Shown: piece by piece, positions 45,659 to 59,146 of the stretch
How positions within the stretch are numbered: the stretch's first letter is position 1
How the letters are laid out: each line of letters begins with the position of its first letter
DNA from: Macrostomum lignano
Taxonomy: Eukaryota
Direction of reading: 5' to 3'
Assembly (NCBI GenBank): GCA_002269645.1
Contig: NIVC01004110.1
Span: forward strand, 1 to 60,353
DNA: 60,353 nt
The notes under the pieces: model-generated
Database searches by the model: none
What the model was told of the DNA's origin: nothing
What the model saw: the letters and a program-made list of their open reading frames with translations, nothing else
Program-made: the position numbers and the translations under genes

Positions 45659-48600
45659 TCAATAATACACCGGCTGGTCTCGGGTGGTGCAGCCATCGCG
45701 GATCTCTTCATACAGCGGGTACGTGGCCGCCGCGGCGGAGCCTCCGACCACACCGCTCTGATTCGGCTGCTGCGACAGAAGCTTCGACTGGCACGAAGGG
45801 CTGCCGACTCCGCTGTGGCTGCTGCTGGTGCCGGCCGACTGCTGCCGAATCGCCGGCGGCGGAGGCCGCGGAGGAGGCGGCAGCTGCTGCTGCTGCTGTT
45901 GTTGTTGTTGACTGCGGACCGAGCTCGAAATAACCGGACCAGGTACCAAACCCCTACCGCTGACAGAGCCAGCGACAAAGGCTGAGCACAGAGGGCCGGA
46001 CCGAGCCACATCCACCGCCCCTGAGCCAGGAGCGGTGACCGATTCCCGGCGCTCTTCGCCGCCCGAAGAACGGGCGTTGCCTCCCCCCGCGACAAAGACG
46101 CGGCGCCGGATAGGGCCTGCTGATTACCCAGCAGGCTGGGAGTAAATCCCAGGGTTTGCTGCTGCTGTTGCTGCTGGTGGCGAAAGCTTGGCGGCTCGGC
46201 GAGCACGGTGAAGATGGAGAATTCGCTGAACGCCGTGCCGTCGGGCAGGTCGTAGGGAGTCGGGCCGCTGCCGCCTCCGCCGACGCCACCCCCAGTGGGG
46301 TATTTGTAGCCGCTGGAGACCGCGTTCTGTCGCCGGTCGTAGGTCGAGTCGTCGGCATCGTCAGAAGACCGGATGGCCGCCTCCTCGAAGGTAATGACGC
46401 CGATCTGGGCGATTGAAACGGATTAGGGAGGATTGAAGATTTAGGGTGGATTAACGATGGATTAAGGATTATAAATGGCTTGAGGATTAGGGATAGATTG
46501 AGGATTTAGGATGGATTAACGATGGGTTGAGGATTGGGTATGGGGGTTGAGGATTAGGGATGGGGGTTGAGGATTAGGGGTGGGGGTTGAGGATTAGGGG
46601 TGGGGTTGAGGATTAGGGATGGGGGTTGAGGATTAGGGATGGGGGTTGAGGATTAGGGATGGGGGTTGAGGATTAGGGATGGGGGTTGAGGATTAGGGAT
46701 GGGGGTTGAGGATTAGGGATGGGGGTTGAGGATTAGGGGTGGGGGTTGAGGATTAGGGATGGACTAAGGGTTAAGAATGAGTTGCGGATTAAAGATGGAT
46801 TAAGGATGGTTAAGTCTGAGCTAAATGAGTATTAAGGATGAGTTGCGATCATAGATTGAGAAGATTCTCAGACGTCACAAGTAGAGTTGCTAACTAATAG
46901 CAATATTAGACTACATGGATGAAGTTAAACATGTGCCGCAGACTTATCAATTACTAATGAATAGAAAATGGTTTCAGTCAGAGGGTCACTTTTGTCTAAA
47001 TTCATCCAAGCCTTCTAATTAAAGAATGCGCCGGATTTCCGGGTTGCCAATAGCAACAGAAAATCAGCCTTAATAAATAATTTATAAATCTGTCCTATTC
47101 CAAATCGGATTCATTTTCAGCAGACAAAATAGCTGGACAACTAAAGCCTATGTAATCGGTCTCATTAGCTTAATTTATTAATGAGATACTCTAAACAAAC
47201 CCTCAGACAGTGGTTGCCAAGGCGACTGGAAGGAATAGAAAGGGAAAATGATATCTATGTGACTGGCTAATTAGCATAATTAGCGACACGGCGACGCTAT
47301 TGCATAAACACAGATTGCCCCGTAACTTGGCCGAGGAGTAACGGGCATTCGGTCTCCAGTAGTCAAGGGAACGCCTAGCAAAAACAGCTGCCTCGCTAGC
47401 AGCCCCAAATCTATTCCATCTGAAAAAAAACAGAAAAACAGACAGAGGGGAAGTCAAGCGGAAGGGAAGACATGCTAAGGGAAGCCAGGTAAATAAGAAG
47501 ACAGGTAGAGGGAAAGGCAGGCAGAGGGGAAGACAGGCAAGGAAAGACAGGCAAGGAAAGACAGGCAAGGAAAGACAAGCGAAGGGAAGCCAGGTAAATA
47601 AAAAGACAGGTAGAGGGAAAGACAGGCAAGGAAAGACAGGCAAAGGGAAAGATAGGTAGAGGGGAAGACAGGTACAGAGGAAGACAGGTAGAGGGGAAGC
47701 CAGGTAAATAAAAAGACAGGTAGAGGGAAAGACAGGCAAGGAAAGACAGGGAGAGGGGAAGACAGGGAGCGGGGAAGACAGGTACAGAGGAAGACAGGTA
47801 GAGAGGAAGACAGGTAGAGGGGAAGACAGGTACAGAGGAAGACAGGTAGAGAGGAAGACAGGTAGAGGGGAAGACAGGTAGAGAGGAAGACAGGGAGAGG
47901 GTAAGACAGGGAGAGAGGAAGACAGGGAGAGGGGAAGACAGGTAGAGACTCCCAATCCCAAGACACACTACACACTGGAGCACAAAAGGAGTGAGGTAAA
48001 GTGGCGGAGATGACAGTGAACAGAAGCTGTAAATTTTGCTCACCTGCGAAGTCTTGATATGAAAGGGGAAGTTGGTGTTGGACACGGTCGGCCTGGTGAT
48101 GACCAGATAGAACAGTTGGGCAGCGAACAGGATGCCCAGCTCAACAAAGTTGACGACCTTCTCTCTCATGTAGTCGGGCACCCTGGTGATGTTGATGGCC
48201 ACGGCAATGGGGGTGCTGAGCAGCCACAGAGAGAAGAAGGCCGCCATTGGCGCGTAGAACGAGCGCTTCCTGCGGTGCCTGACGAACGAGTAGCCGCAGC
48301 CGGCGATGTAGAACAACCAGGCGGCCAGCATCAGGGCGATGAGGCCGTAGCCCGGCTGGCTCTCCCACCTGTACAGCACCAGCGCCGGGTCGAAGGTGGC
48401 CGCCTCCACGGCGAAGAGGGCGACGTAGCCGACTGCGAATGCCGTCATGAAGACGGAGATGAGCGCCGTGGCCCAGGTGGGCAGCCGGCCGCAGGTGATT
48501 GTGTAGCCGAGGCTCAGCAGCAGCAGCATCATCACGAATGCGATGCTGGCCAGTGAGTGCAGCGCCGCGGCTGCGGGTGGGGTCATTTGAGGTCAGGCTG

Positions 48601-50642
48601 AGTGCATTGGGTCATGCAGAATAGATGAACTGCGATTGATTTTCTGATGTCACGTGAGGTCATGCAGGCTAAATGATTGGGGATTGGGTGTCCTGAGGTC
48701 ACTTCAGGTCATGTAGGCTAAATAATTGGGGATTGGGTGTCTTGAGGTCACTTAAGGTCATGCAGGGTAAATAATTGGGGATTGGGTGTCTTGAGGTCAC
48801 TTCAGGTCATGTAGGCTAAATAATTGGGGATTGGGTGTCTTGAGGTCACTTCAGGTCATGCAGGCTAAATGATTGGGGATTGGGTGTCCTGAGGTCACTT
48901 CAGGTCAAGCAGGCGATTGGGGTGTGTCTTGAGGTCACCTGAGGTCAAGCAGGCTATATGATTGGCGATTGGGTGTCTTGAGGTCACCTGAGGTCAAGCA
49001 GGCTATATGATTGGCGATTGGGTGTCTTAAGGTCACTTCAGGTCATGCAGGCTAAATGATTTGGGGTTGGGAGTCTTGAGGTCACGGTCACGTGAGGTCA
49101 TGCAGACTATATGATTGGCGATTGGGTGTCTTGGGAGTCTTACACATATAGTGCAGCACTGTGGACTTGTTCCCAGTCGCCCCGTAGCTGATGTAGGCGA
49201 TGCAAGTCAGGGTGATGGAGAACAGCAGCAGAACGGCAGACAACAGAAAAATCTTGTAGGTCGTGTGAAGCAGCTGCTTCTTTCGTAGGCGAACTGAAAT
49301 TTAAATAAAAGTTTGGCTAATCTTGACGGGTGGCAACTGAGCAACTGAGGATCTGGGGGCTCAGCAACTGAGGACCTGGGAGGCTGGCCCAGCAACTGAG
49401 GATCTGGAAGGCTGGCCCAGCAACTGAGGATCTGGGAGGCTGGCCCAGCAACTGAGGATCTGGGAGGCTGGCCCAGCTACTGAGGAACTGGGAAACTGGC
49501 TCAACAACTGAGGATCTGGGAGGCTGGCCCAGCAACTGAGGATCTGGGAGGCTGGCCCAGCAACTGAGGATCTGGGAGGCTGGCCCAGCAACTGAGGATC
49601 TGGGAGGCTGGCCCAGCAACTGAGGAACTGGGAAGCTGGCTCAACAACTGAGGATCTGGGAGGCTGGCTCAGCAACTGAGGATCTGGGAGGCTGGCTCAG
49701 ATACTGAGGATCTGGGGGGGGGGCTCAGCAACTGAGGATCTGAAAGGCTGGCTCAGCAACTGAGGATCTGGGGGGGCTCAGCAACTGAGGATCTGAAAGG
49801 CTGGCTCAGCAACTGATGATCTGGGGGGCTCAGCAACTGAAGATCTGGGAGGCAAGGTTAGAATTCCAAAGCCAAGGTCTGGGGTTCCCAGAAACACAGA
49901 CGATCTGAAAACTCACTGGCAATCAGGACGGCCAGTACAAGAAGAGCCGACTGCAGAAAGAAGAAGCCAATGTTGAACTCCAGGATGTCTGAAAATAAAG
50001 TTCATATTTTTATTGTCACAAAAGTGGCAAGCAAACTGGAGAACTGGACACTCACAGATTTCGTCAGCTGAGAAGTGCTCTCTGAACAGGTTGCCCGGTT
50101 CGCCGTTCCTCAGCCACATGTCATAGTGCAGCAGCAGGCCCTGCTCGGCGGGTGGGGATAGGAATGAGTCATGGGCTGCGACAGGCAGACAGAAAAATAC
50201 TGAGACAGACAGACAGACCGACACAGACAGACAGACAAACAGATAAACAGACAGACAGACAGACAGACAGAAACAGACAGACAGGCAGACAGACAGGCAG
50301 ACAGACAGAAACAGACAGACAGGCAGACAGACAGAAACAGACAGACAGGCAGACAGAAACAGACAGACAGGCAGACAGACAGAAACAGACAGACAGACGG
50401 ACAGACAGAAACAGACAGACAGGCAGACAGACAGACAGGCAGACAGACAGAAACAGACAGACAGGCAGACAGACAGAAACAGACAGACAGGCAGACAGAC
50501 AGAAACAGACAGACAGGCAGACAGACAGAAACAGACAGACAGGCAGACAGACAGAAACAGACAGACAGACAGACAGAAACAGACAGACAGGCAGACAGAC
50601 AGACAGACAGACAGAAACAGACAGACAGGCAGAAAGACAGAA

Positions 50643-50691
<49 letters not shown>

Positions 50692-50904
50692 AACAGACAG
50701 ACAGGCAGACAGACAGAAACAGACAGACAGACAGACAGACAGAAACAGACAGACAGGCAGACAGACAGAAACAGACAGACAGGCAGACAGACAGAAACAG
50801 ACAGACAGACAGACAGAAACAGACAGACAGGCAGACAGACAGACAGACAGACAGAAACAGACAGACAGGCAGAAAGACAGAAACAGACAGACAGACAGAC
50901 AGAA

Positions 50905-50945
<41 letters not shown>

Positions 50946-51372
50946 AACAGACAGACAGACAGACAGACAGACAGGCAGACAGACAGAAACAGACAGACAG
51001 GCAGACAGAAAGAAACAGACAGACAGGCAGACAGACAGAAACAGACAGACAGGCAGACAGACAGAAACAGACAGACAGGCAGACAGACAGAAACAGACAG
51101 ACAGGCAGACAGACAGAAACAGACAGACAGGCAGACAGACAGACAGGCAGACAGACAGAAACAGACAGACAGGCAGACAGACAGAAACAGACAGACAGGC
51201 AGACAGACAGAAACAGACAGACAGGCAGACAGACAGAAACAGACAGACAGGCAGACAGACAGAAACAGACAGACAGACAGACAGAAACAGACAGACAGGC
51301 AGACAGACAGACAGACAGACAGAAACAGACAGAAAGGCAGAAAGACAGAAACAGACAGACAGACAGACAGAA

Positions 51373-51409
<37 letters not shown>

Positions 51410-51622
51410 AACAGACAGACAGGCAGACAGACAGAAACAGACAGACAGGCAGACAGACAGAAACAGACAGACAGGCAGACAGACAGAAACAGACAGACAG
51501 GCAGACAGACAGAAACAGACAGACAGACAGACAGAAACAGACAGACAGGCAGACAGACAGACAGACAGACAGAAACAGACAGACAGGCAGAAAGACAGAA
51601 ACAGACAGACAGACAGACAGAA

Positions 51623-51663
<41 letters not shown>

Positions 51664-51886
51664 AACAGACAGAAAGACAGACAGACAGACAGGCAGACAG
51701 ACAGAAACAGACAGACAGGCAGACAGAAAGAAACAGACAGACAGGCAGACAGACAGAAACAGACAGACAGGCAGACAGACAGACAGACAGACAGACAGAA
51801 ACAGACAGACAGGCAGACAGACAGACAGACAGACAGAAACAGACAGACAGGCAGAAAGACAGAAACAGACAGACAGACAGACAGAA

Positions 51887-51935
<49 letters not shown>

Positions 51936-52138
51936 AACAGACAGACAGACAGACAGACAGACAGGCAGACAGACAGAAACAGACAGACAGGCAGACAGAC
52001 AGAAACAGACAGACAGGCAGACAGACAGAAACAGACAGACAGACAGACAGAAACAGACAGACAGGCAGACAGACAGACAGACAGACAGAAACAGACAGAC
52101 AGGCAGAAAGACAGAAACAGACAGACAGACAGACAGAA

Positions 52139-52175
<37 letters not shown>

Positions 52176-52602
52176 AACAGACAGACAGACAGACAGACAG
52201 ACAGGCAGACAGACAGAAACAGACAGACAGGCAGACAGAAAGAAACAGACAGACAGACAGACAGACAGAAACAGACAGACAGGCAGACAGACAGAAACAG
52301 ACAGACAGGCAGACAGACAGAAACAGACAGACAGGCAGACAGACAGAAACAGACAGACAGGCAGACAGACAGACAGGCAGACAGACAGAAACAGACAGAC
52401 AGGCAGACAGACAGAAACAGACAGACAGGCAGACAGACAGAAACAGACAGACAGGCAGACAGACAGAAACAGACAGACAGGCAGACAGACAGAAACAGAC
52501 AGACAGACAGACAGAAACAGACAGACAGGCAGACAGACAGACAGACAGACAGAAACAGACAGACAGGCAGAAAGACAGAAACAGACAGACAGACAGACAG
52601 AA

Positions 52603-52655
<53 letters not shown>

Positions 52656-52872
52656 AACAGACAGACAGGCAGACAGACAGAAACAGACAGACAGGCAGAC
52701 AGACAGAAACAAACAGACAGGCAGACAGACAGAAACAGACAGACAGGCAGGCAGACAGACAGAAACAGACAGACAGACAGACAGAAACAGACAGACAGGC
52801 AGACAGACAGACAGACAGACAGAAACAGACAGACAGGCAGAAAGACAGAAACAGACAGACAGACAGACAGAA

Positions 52873-52913
<41 letters not shown>

Positions 52914-53022
52914 AACAGACAGACAGACAGACAGACAGACAGGCAGACAGACAGAAACAGACAGACAGGCAGACAGAAAGAAACAGACAGACAGGCAGAC
53001 AGACAGAAACAGACAGACAGGC

Positions 53023-53053
<31 letters not shown>

Positions 53054-53140
53054 AACAGACAGACAGGCAGACAGACAGACAGACAGACAGAAACAGACAG
53101 ACAGGCAGAAAGACAGAAACAGACAGACAGACAGACAGAA

Positions 53141-53181
<41 letters not shown>

Positions 53182-53290
53182 AACAGACAGACAGACAGAC
53201 AGACAGACAGGCAGACAGACAGAAACAGACAGACAGGCAGACAGAAAGAAACAGACAGACAGGCAGACAGACAGAAACAGACAGACAGGC

Positions 53291-53321
<31 letters not shown>

Positions 53322-53882
53322 AACAGACAGGCAGGCAAGCACCCCAAGTCACTCACGCTGCGGGCCATGCAGTTGGAGATGACAATGAACCACCAGCGCT
53401 CCCTGGCCGACTTGAACTGGTACTCCTTGGAGTCGCAGAGCAGGGCCGTGTTGTTTTCAACCGAACGGCACAGTCCGGAGTCCTTGGACAGCCGGAAGAT
53501 CTGGTATTTCAGAATTTCCAGGTCGGCCTCCTTCTGGGTGCAGGACTAAAAAGCAGAAAGAACATTAAATTCAATGAAATTATCAAATTTTCCTATATTT
53601 ACTTGGAAAATTAAATTCGCATACCAGCTCAGTGTTGTAGACACTGGTCCACAGGTTCGGCTTGTCCCAGTATAACAGCATGCTTTGCGTCAGGTAGGAC
53701 TAGGTTGAGAAATTAAACATGAGATGAGTTATTATATATTACAGACCTCAGTTTTATGGAAATTATGGCCAGCATTTGTGGTTTCTACTTCCATCCAAAG
53801 CACTCACCACAGGATAACGAATGGTAAACTTCAAGGAGCCCTTGTCTGGCAGAAAGCAGAATCGAGTAAGGAAATGCCAATT
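45659..53882 (-). CDS. tmem145: Transmembrane protein 145 (GPR180/TMEM145 family), parental copy; first (signal peptide) exon not located
   Basis: Phase-consistent exons: 53882-53808 ([15 protein letters not shown]), 53699-53625 ([11 protein letters not shown]), 53545-53357 ([16 protein letters not shown]), 50140-50056 (HFSADE), 49988-49917, 49293-49144 ([10 protein letters not shown]), 48570-48044 ([25 protein letters not shown]), 46404-45659. The last exon has C6 at 46083-46088 versus C7 in the duplicate. Confidence 0.92.
49335..49853. repeat. 28-bp intronic minisatellite (CAGCAACTGAGGATCTGGGAGGCTGGCC)n
   Basis: About 19 copies. Confidence 0.95.
50185..53340. repeat. 3.1-kb (ACAG)n-derived array with ~26-bp and larger higher-order structure
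   Basis: Fills the tmem145 intron between exons 53357 and 50140. The >1000-aa ORFs are artefacts. Confidence 0.97.
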
Positions 53883-56800
53883 CTGTCAAATTCAGATAGT
53901 ATTGTCTTATGTTGATTCAAATATAAAGTGTAGAAATCAAGTTCTCTGGTTAAAATATTTGTTGGAAATTCTCTAGTAAATTGCCAAATAATGAGAGGGA
54001 AGAACAGTAAACAGCTGGGTTGGCTTGCAGTCTGTGGGAAAGTGCAGTTTGGAACTGCAAGCTGCCTGCTTGACTTTTTATCAGGCTGATTGGTTTTATT
54101 TTCTATGGCCAAGTGCACTTCTGCAGTAGTGGCTACTGCTGTAGTGAATGGGATTTTCCAACATTCACAAAAAGTAAAAATATCATATAGCCAAATAGTT
54201 TGTTTTGAAGTGTTTTTAACAAAATGCTTGTAAAATATTTTATAGTATATTTTTTTAAACTTGATTGATTCCTAAAATTTTCTAAGAAACAAGGTTTCCC
54301 ATCCTTTTACTTGAATAGTCCTTGTTAGATAGACCTATAGTACACTATATTTGAACTACAAATAGAAAATCTAAGTCTAGGCTTAGGCATAGCATAGGCA
54401 GGGATAGCCCACTTTGGTAACAGACACATTGATAATAGAGACTGATAATAAAGTATATCCAATTCAGTAACAGACTAGTATAGATAATATAGATAAATTA
54501 CAGAACATTACAATATTATATATTTAAAAATGACAAGTTGTAAAGAAGGTAAGGTCAAAAAACCTATTTAGAAATTGAATGTGTTGTATTTGAATTATAC
54601 AAATTTATATAAGCTAGTCCTTAGCAAAGCAAATAGTTACTAAGCATAACTAAGATATCCCTTTTATAAAATCTATTTGGCTCTGGTTCTGGCTAGATCC
54701 TAAAATAGTACATGTGCATATTATTCCTAAAATATTAGGACTCTATTACTGAAGTCACCATACTTTATTACTTAAGTATATTATCAAGTTGTTGGAAACC
54801 TTCAAGAATTTTGTTTGCTTAACTTGAATTTATGCAAAATTTCATTTCTAATAATAAAACATAACTGGGAATTAACCAATAAATTATGAATGAAAAGTTG
54901 ACATTGAGTTGAATCTAATAAATTAGTTAGGGGGGGGCTAGTTGCTTGCACTTAGTCCATTCAAGGATAATAGAGCCTAATCCAATATATTATGTTGCCA
55001 AACTGCATTTTGTGGGTACATCTTGCACCATAGGAATTATTTGAGATGCAGTTCAAAGAATATAGCATTTGTACCATGCAAGCTCTGGCATAAGCCATAT
55101 ACCTTCAATAAGATTTATATAAATGGTCACATCTTGTGGGTTCTTTAAGCGTAGTCAGTGGTTCACAACACTGTGATTAGGTAGCTAGTTGTATATTTGC
55201 TAGCTATTAGTCAAGATGTTAATGCCTAGAAGAATATACCAAATGTTAATAGATAATTAGTAGCAAGGTTGCCACAATGCCACAGTTTTATCCCTAATTA
55301 ACATTATCATGTGCATTTATAAGTACCATGCTCTATCATTCCTAGCACCCATTGGCCAGGCCAGTATTTACTCTGATAAAATTTTTGGTATATAAAATAG
55401 GACTCATCTATTTTTATCTATTAATTAAAGCCTTCTAGTTTAGTTAAATGGTCAATGAGTACTTACGAGTATTAGGCATAGATATCCCTAATGTAATTAT
55501 GCCAATCAACATGTGTTTGTAGGCTAATCAGCATCTGGTGAGCATCTTATCTTTGCTTTATCTCAATAAATCACCAGTAGATGAGCTGGTTTAGCGATTG
55601 GCAGATTGCTAAATTGTCTATTACCAAAGGCAAAGTGGGCTATAAATAACTAAAATAGGTCTACTTGATTTATTAACCACTTATAAAACTATGACAATGT
55701 ATTTTAGATTGTATAATACATTTCTAGGCCTAGTCAAGTATTTCTAGTATTCTTAAATAAACTATAATTAATAAACTGAATTTTACTCACAGAATCTGTT
55801 TGAAGAACACCACTGATATGCCTTGCTAAGTAAGATGGCCAAAGAAGGGACAATATTAATAAACTAAATAAATATAAACTAGTCATTGTCTTGAATTCAA
55901 CTTATTCAAGTATGGCAGCTATGGCTGTATGGCCAAGCTTAGATAAGGCAGAAACAGTTGTTAAAGTGGCAAGGAAGAGTCCAAAGATTTAAATGGTGAC
56001 AAGTTTAGTACCAGTATCAGTATGTACGAGCGTAGTGGTACTATCCTATTGCTATTTGTATTTGATAGCTGGATTTAATTTACACTAGGGCCTACTCAGT
56101 CATTATCAGCAGTATCATGCAGCACTTTGTTATCGCAGGCGCAGCCTAACTGAAACTGACTGGCTAATTTGAATACCAGAGTTTAAATGTTCAATACCAC
56201 CTAGCAACTATTTATGTTTGTATTCAAATACAAAGTTTAAGGTTTCTGAAGTATAGGCCAATAGTTTTTAGTTAAGTAAAAGTTACAACCTGGAACGGCT
56301 TCGGGCCAGCCAGAAAGCCAGGATGATGTGATTTTTTATGCCCAGTTTCTTTTAAAATACGATTTCAAACTTCACACTAGTTTCAAATAATTAGAAAGTA
56401 TAACAAAAAATGCATGGTAATTACGAGATACAACAGTATATCGTTAGGTTTTTTTAGCTGTCGATTGTTAAGAAAAGCATTTTAGAATCACATAAAGGAT
56501 CAAAAATTTATTGCTATCTAGCCTCAATCCAAAAATTACATTTTTACAGCGAAGCAGTAACTACGATTACCCAATACACATGGTATACAGTCCTAAAAAA
56601 CAGCGCTAAATTACTAAACCCACATTAAATAAACAGCTATGAATATCAATAGAGCTATTAGAAAAGAAAAACCCATCAGAAGCTGAACATTGGCTCTGCG
56701 CACCTCCTATCAAAAGCGATTACATGTATATAATAATGATTTTTGTGCTGAAGAAATCTCTAACTATAAAAATCAAAACTTAAAAATATAAAAAATATAT

Positions 56801-58269
56801 ATATAATAATTAAATACGCCTCGCCTCTTTTCGTAATGTAAATTTTTCGGTAGAACCTGCCTCCTAAAATTTTCCAAGAATAGTTCCCCTTCCTACTCAG
56901 TTTATTTGTTGCATGCAGCCTACTAGCCAGAATCAAAATCTGCAGAATCTCCATGGCACAGTTCAGGGAGCTACATTACATGTATATAATTAGGGCGCAT
57001 ACGCGCCACACACTTTAGTAATTAAATGCACGGATACATGAAAGAAGGGCGGTATGCATGCTATTGTGTGAGTTTTGTTTTGTAATGTGTCGATTGCATG
57101 CCTGCTGCACTGCACTCATTTTTCACCAATTGTACTTTATGTACTTTACATGTACATCACGTGTATCCCTCTCTGCATGTACATGATGTACATGCATACG
57201 TATTTCCTACTCGCCTGTGTCAGTGTACATGTAAAAAAATTCAAGCCTGCAAGATAACCTTAGATTTTAGCAGCTAGGCAACTATTACGACTGGCTTGTG
57301 TTACCACACTGTGATAAAAGTTGAAGCGTTAAATTTTTGGTCAAACAAGTCCGTGGCGGAACGGGCGCATTGCAGTTTGGAATCGTCAAGAATAAATTGA
57401 TCATCATGAATCAGCCACAATGACGTCTGCTGATGCACTAATCTGTTGATAGCTGAAATTATTTTTTTGCTTGCTGATACGTGTAGCTGGGGCGCCATGG
57501 GTTCTAGCTGCGCCATTGGTTCAGCTACATGTAAATGTATACTGAAATACATGCAAGTACGTGCATGTATGGCATAAAATACCCAAAGGCGCAAATCTTT
57601 TCTAGCACTTACAATTCATTATCATTATATCGCGACCACGGGCAGCTAGAACCATGCATGGACTACTAAAGACTCTGGACTGGGAAACAGCCGCACAGAG
57701 TCAGTTGGGCCGGCTTTTGTCGTCAACTGCCGCAGAATCAAGAAGGCAAGCAGGCAGGCACTGCAGGACCCTCTCATCTTCCAGCTCAATTGGTCAATTA
57801 GTACCAAAATATAATATTGAAATTAATATTGCTAATTAGACTTCACGACATGCTTGTGATTATCAGTCCAAGTCGTCGGAAGTCCATGACAGAATAATTT
57901 CTGCACATCTGCGCCTCATGGCGCAGAATTAATGCGGCAAATTCAGTATTGCATAGCATATAACAGTTATTAATAAGCAGTGGGCCCAGCATGCGCGGAA
58001 TTCATTACCTGCAGAGACCGCCGGAGCGTGTTGCGAGGAGTTCAAAGCAGCGGCGTGGAGGGCCACAGATCTGTTAATGAGTTTGGCACCGAGCATTCCC
58101 GAAAATCGTCTTCAGCTGGGCTGTGGCCTACAAAATTTCACTTCTTATTTACTGCTCTCTTGTTTTTTCTCTGGCTCCTGTATCAGTCTACAGTATCATT
58201 CTGTATCATTCTGTATCATGCTCCTGTATCACTCTTAGTTAGAAACTTCTTACTAATCCCGTCAAACTC

Positions 58270-59146
58270 TACTTCTCAGTCTCCAGAGGGTCTCACTCTA
58301 CTTCTCAGTTTCCAAGAGAGTCTCACTCTATTTTTTAGTCTCCCAGAGAGTCTCACTCTACTTCTCAGTCTCCCAGAGAGTCTCACTCTACTTCTCAGTC
58401 TCCCAGACAGTCTCACTCTACTTCTCAGTCTCCCAGAGAGTCTCACTCTACTTCTCAGTCTCCCAGAGAGTCTTACTTTACTTCTCAGTCTCCCAGACAG
58501 TCTTACATTACTTCTCAGTCTCCCAGACAGTCTCACTCTACTTCTCAGTCTCCTAGAGAGTCTCACTCTACTTCTCAGTCTCCCAGACAGCCTCACTCTA
58601 CTTTCCAGTCTCCCATAGAGTCTCACTCTACTTCTCAGTCTCCCAAAGATATCTCACTTTACTTTTCAGTCTCCATAGAGTCTCACTCTACTTCTAAGTC
58701 TCAGAGAGTCTCACTCCACTACTCAGACTCTCAGACAGTCTCACTTTACTTTTCAGTCTCCCAGAGAGTCTCACTCTACTTCTCAGTCTCCCAGACAGTC
58801 TCACTCTACTTCTCAGTCTCCCAGAGAGTCTTACATTACTTCTCAGTCTCCTAGAGAGTCTCACTCTACTTCTCAGTCTCCCAGACAGCCTCACTCTACT
58901 TTCCAGTCTCCCATAGAGTCTCACTCTACTTCTCAGTCTCCCAAAGATATCTCACTTTACTTTTCAGTCTCCATAGAGTCTCACTCTACTTCTAAGTCTC
59001 AGAGAGTCTCACTCCACTACTCAGACTCTCAGACAGTCTCACTTTACTTTTCAGTCTCCCAGAGAGTCTCACTCTACTTCTCAGTCTCCCAAAGATATCT
59101 CACTTTACTTTTCAGTCTCCATAGAGTCTCACTCTACTTCTAAGTC
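58270..59146. repeat. 30-bp minisatellite (GAGTCTCACTCTACTTCTCAGTCTCCCAGA)n with a ~298-bp higher-order duplication
   Basis: The variant block at 58551 recurs at 58849. Confidence 0.95.

Larger units (their letters stand above)
27137..49155. repeat. Tandem segmental triplication: units 27137-35588, 35589-40186 (internally deleted) and 40187-49155
   Basis: Near-identical sequence at offsets 8452, 4598 and 13296. Identical novel junctions at ~35587 and ~40185. Confidence 0.97.

Noticed and set aside
49913-53382. ORFs longer than 1000 aa (VCLS, QTDR)
   Set aside because: Microsatellite translation; only the real tmem145 exons at the edges are coding.
53900-57600. AT-rich stretch with short ORFs, TACATGTA and TAGGCC motifs and a small inverted repeat near 55530-55585
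   Set aside because: No element boundaries, TSDs or protein motifs could be supported.
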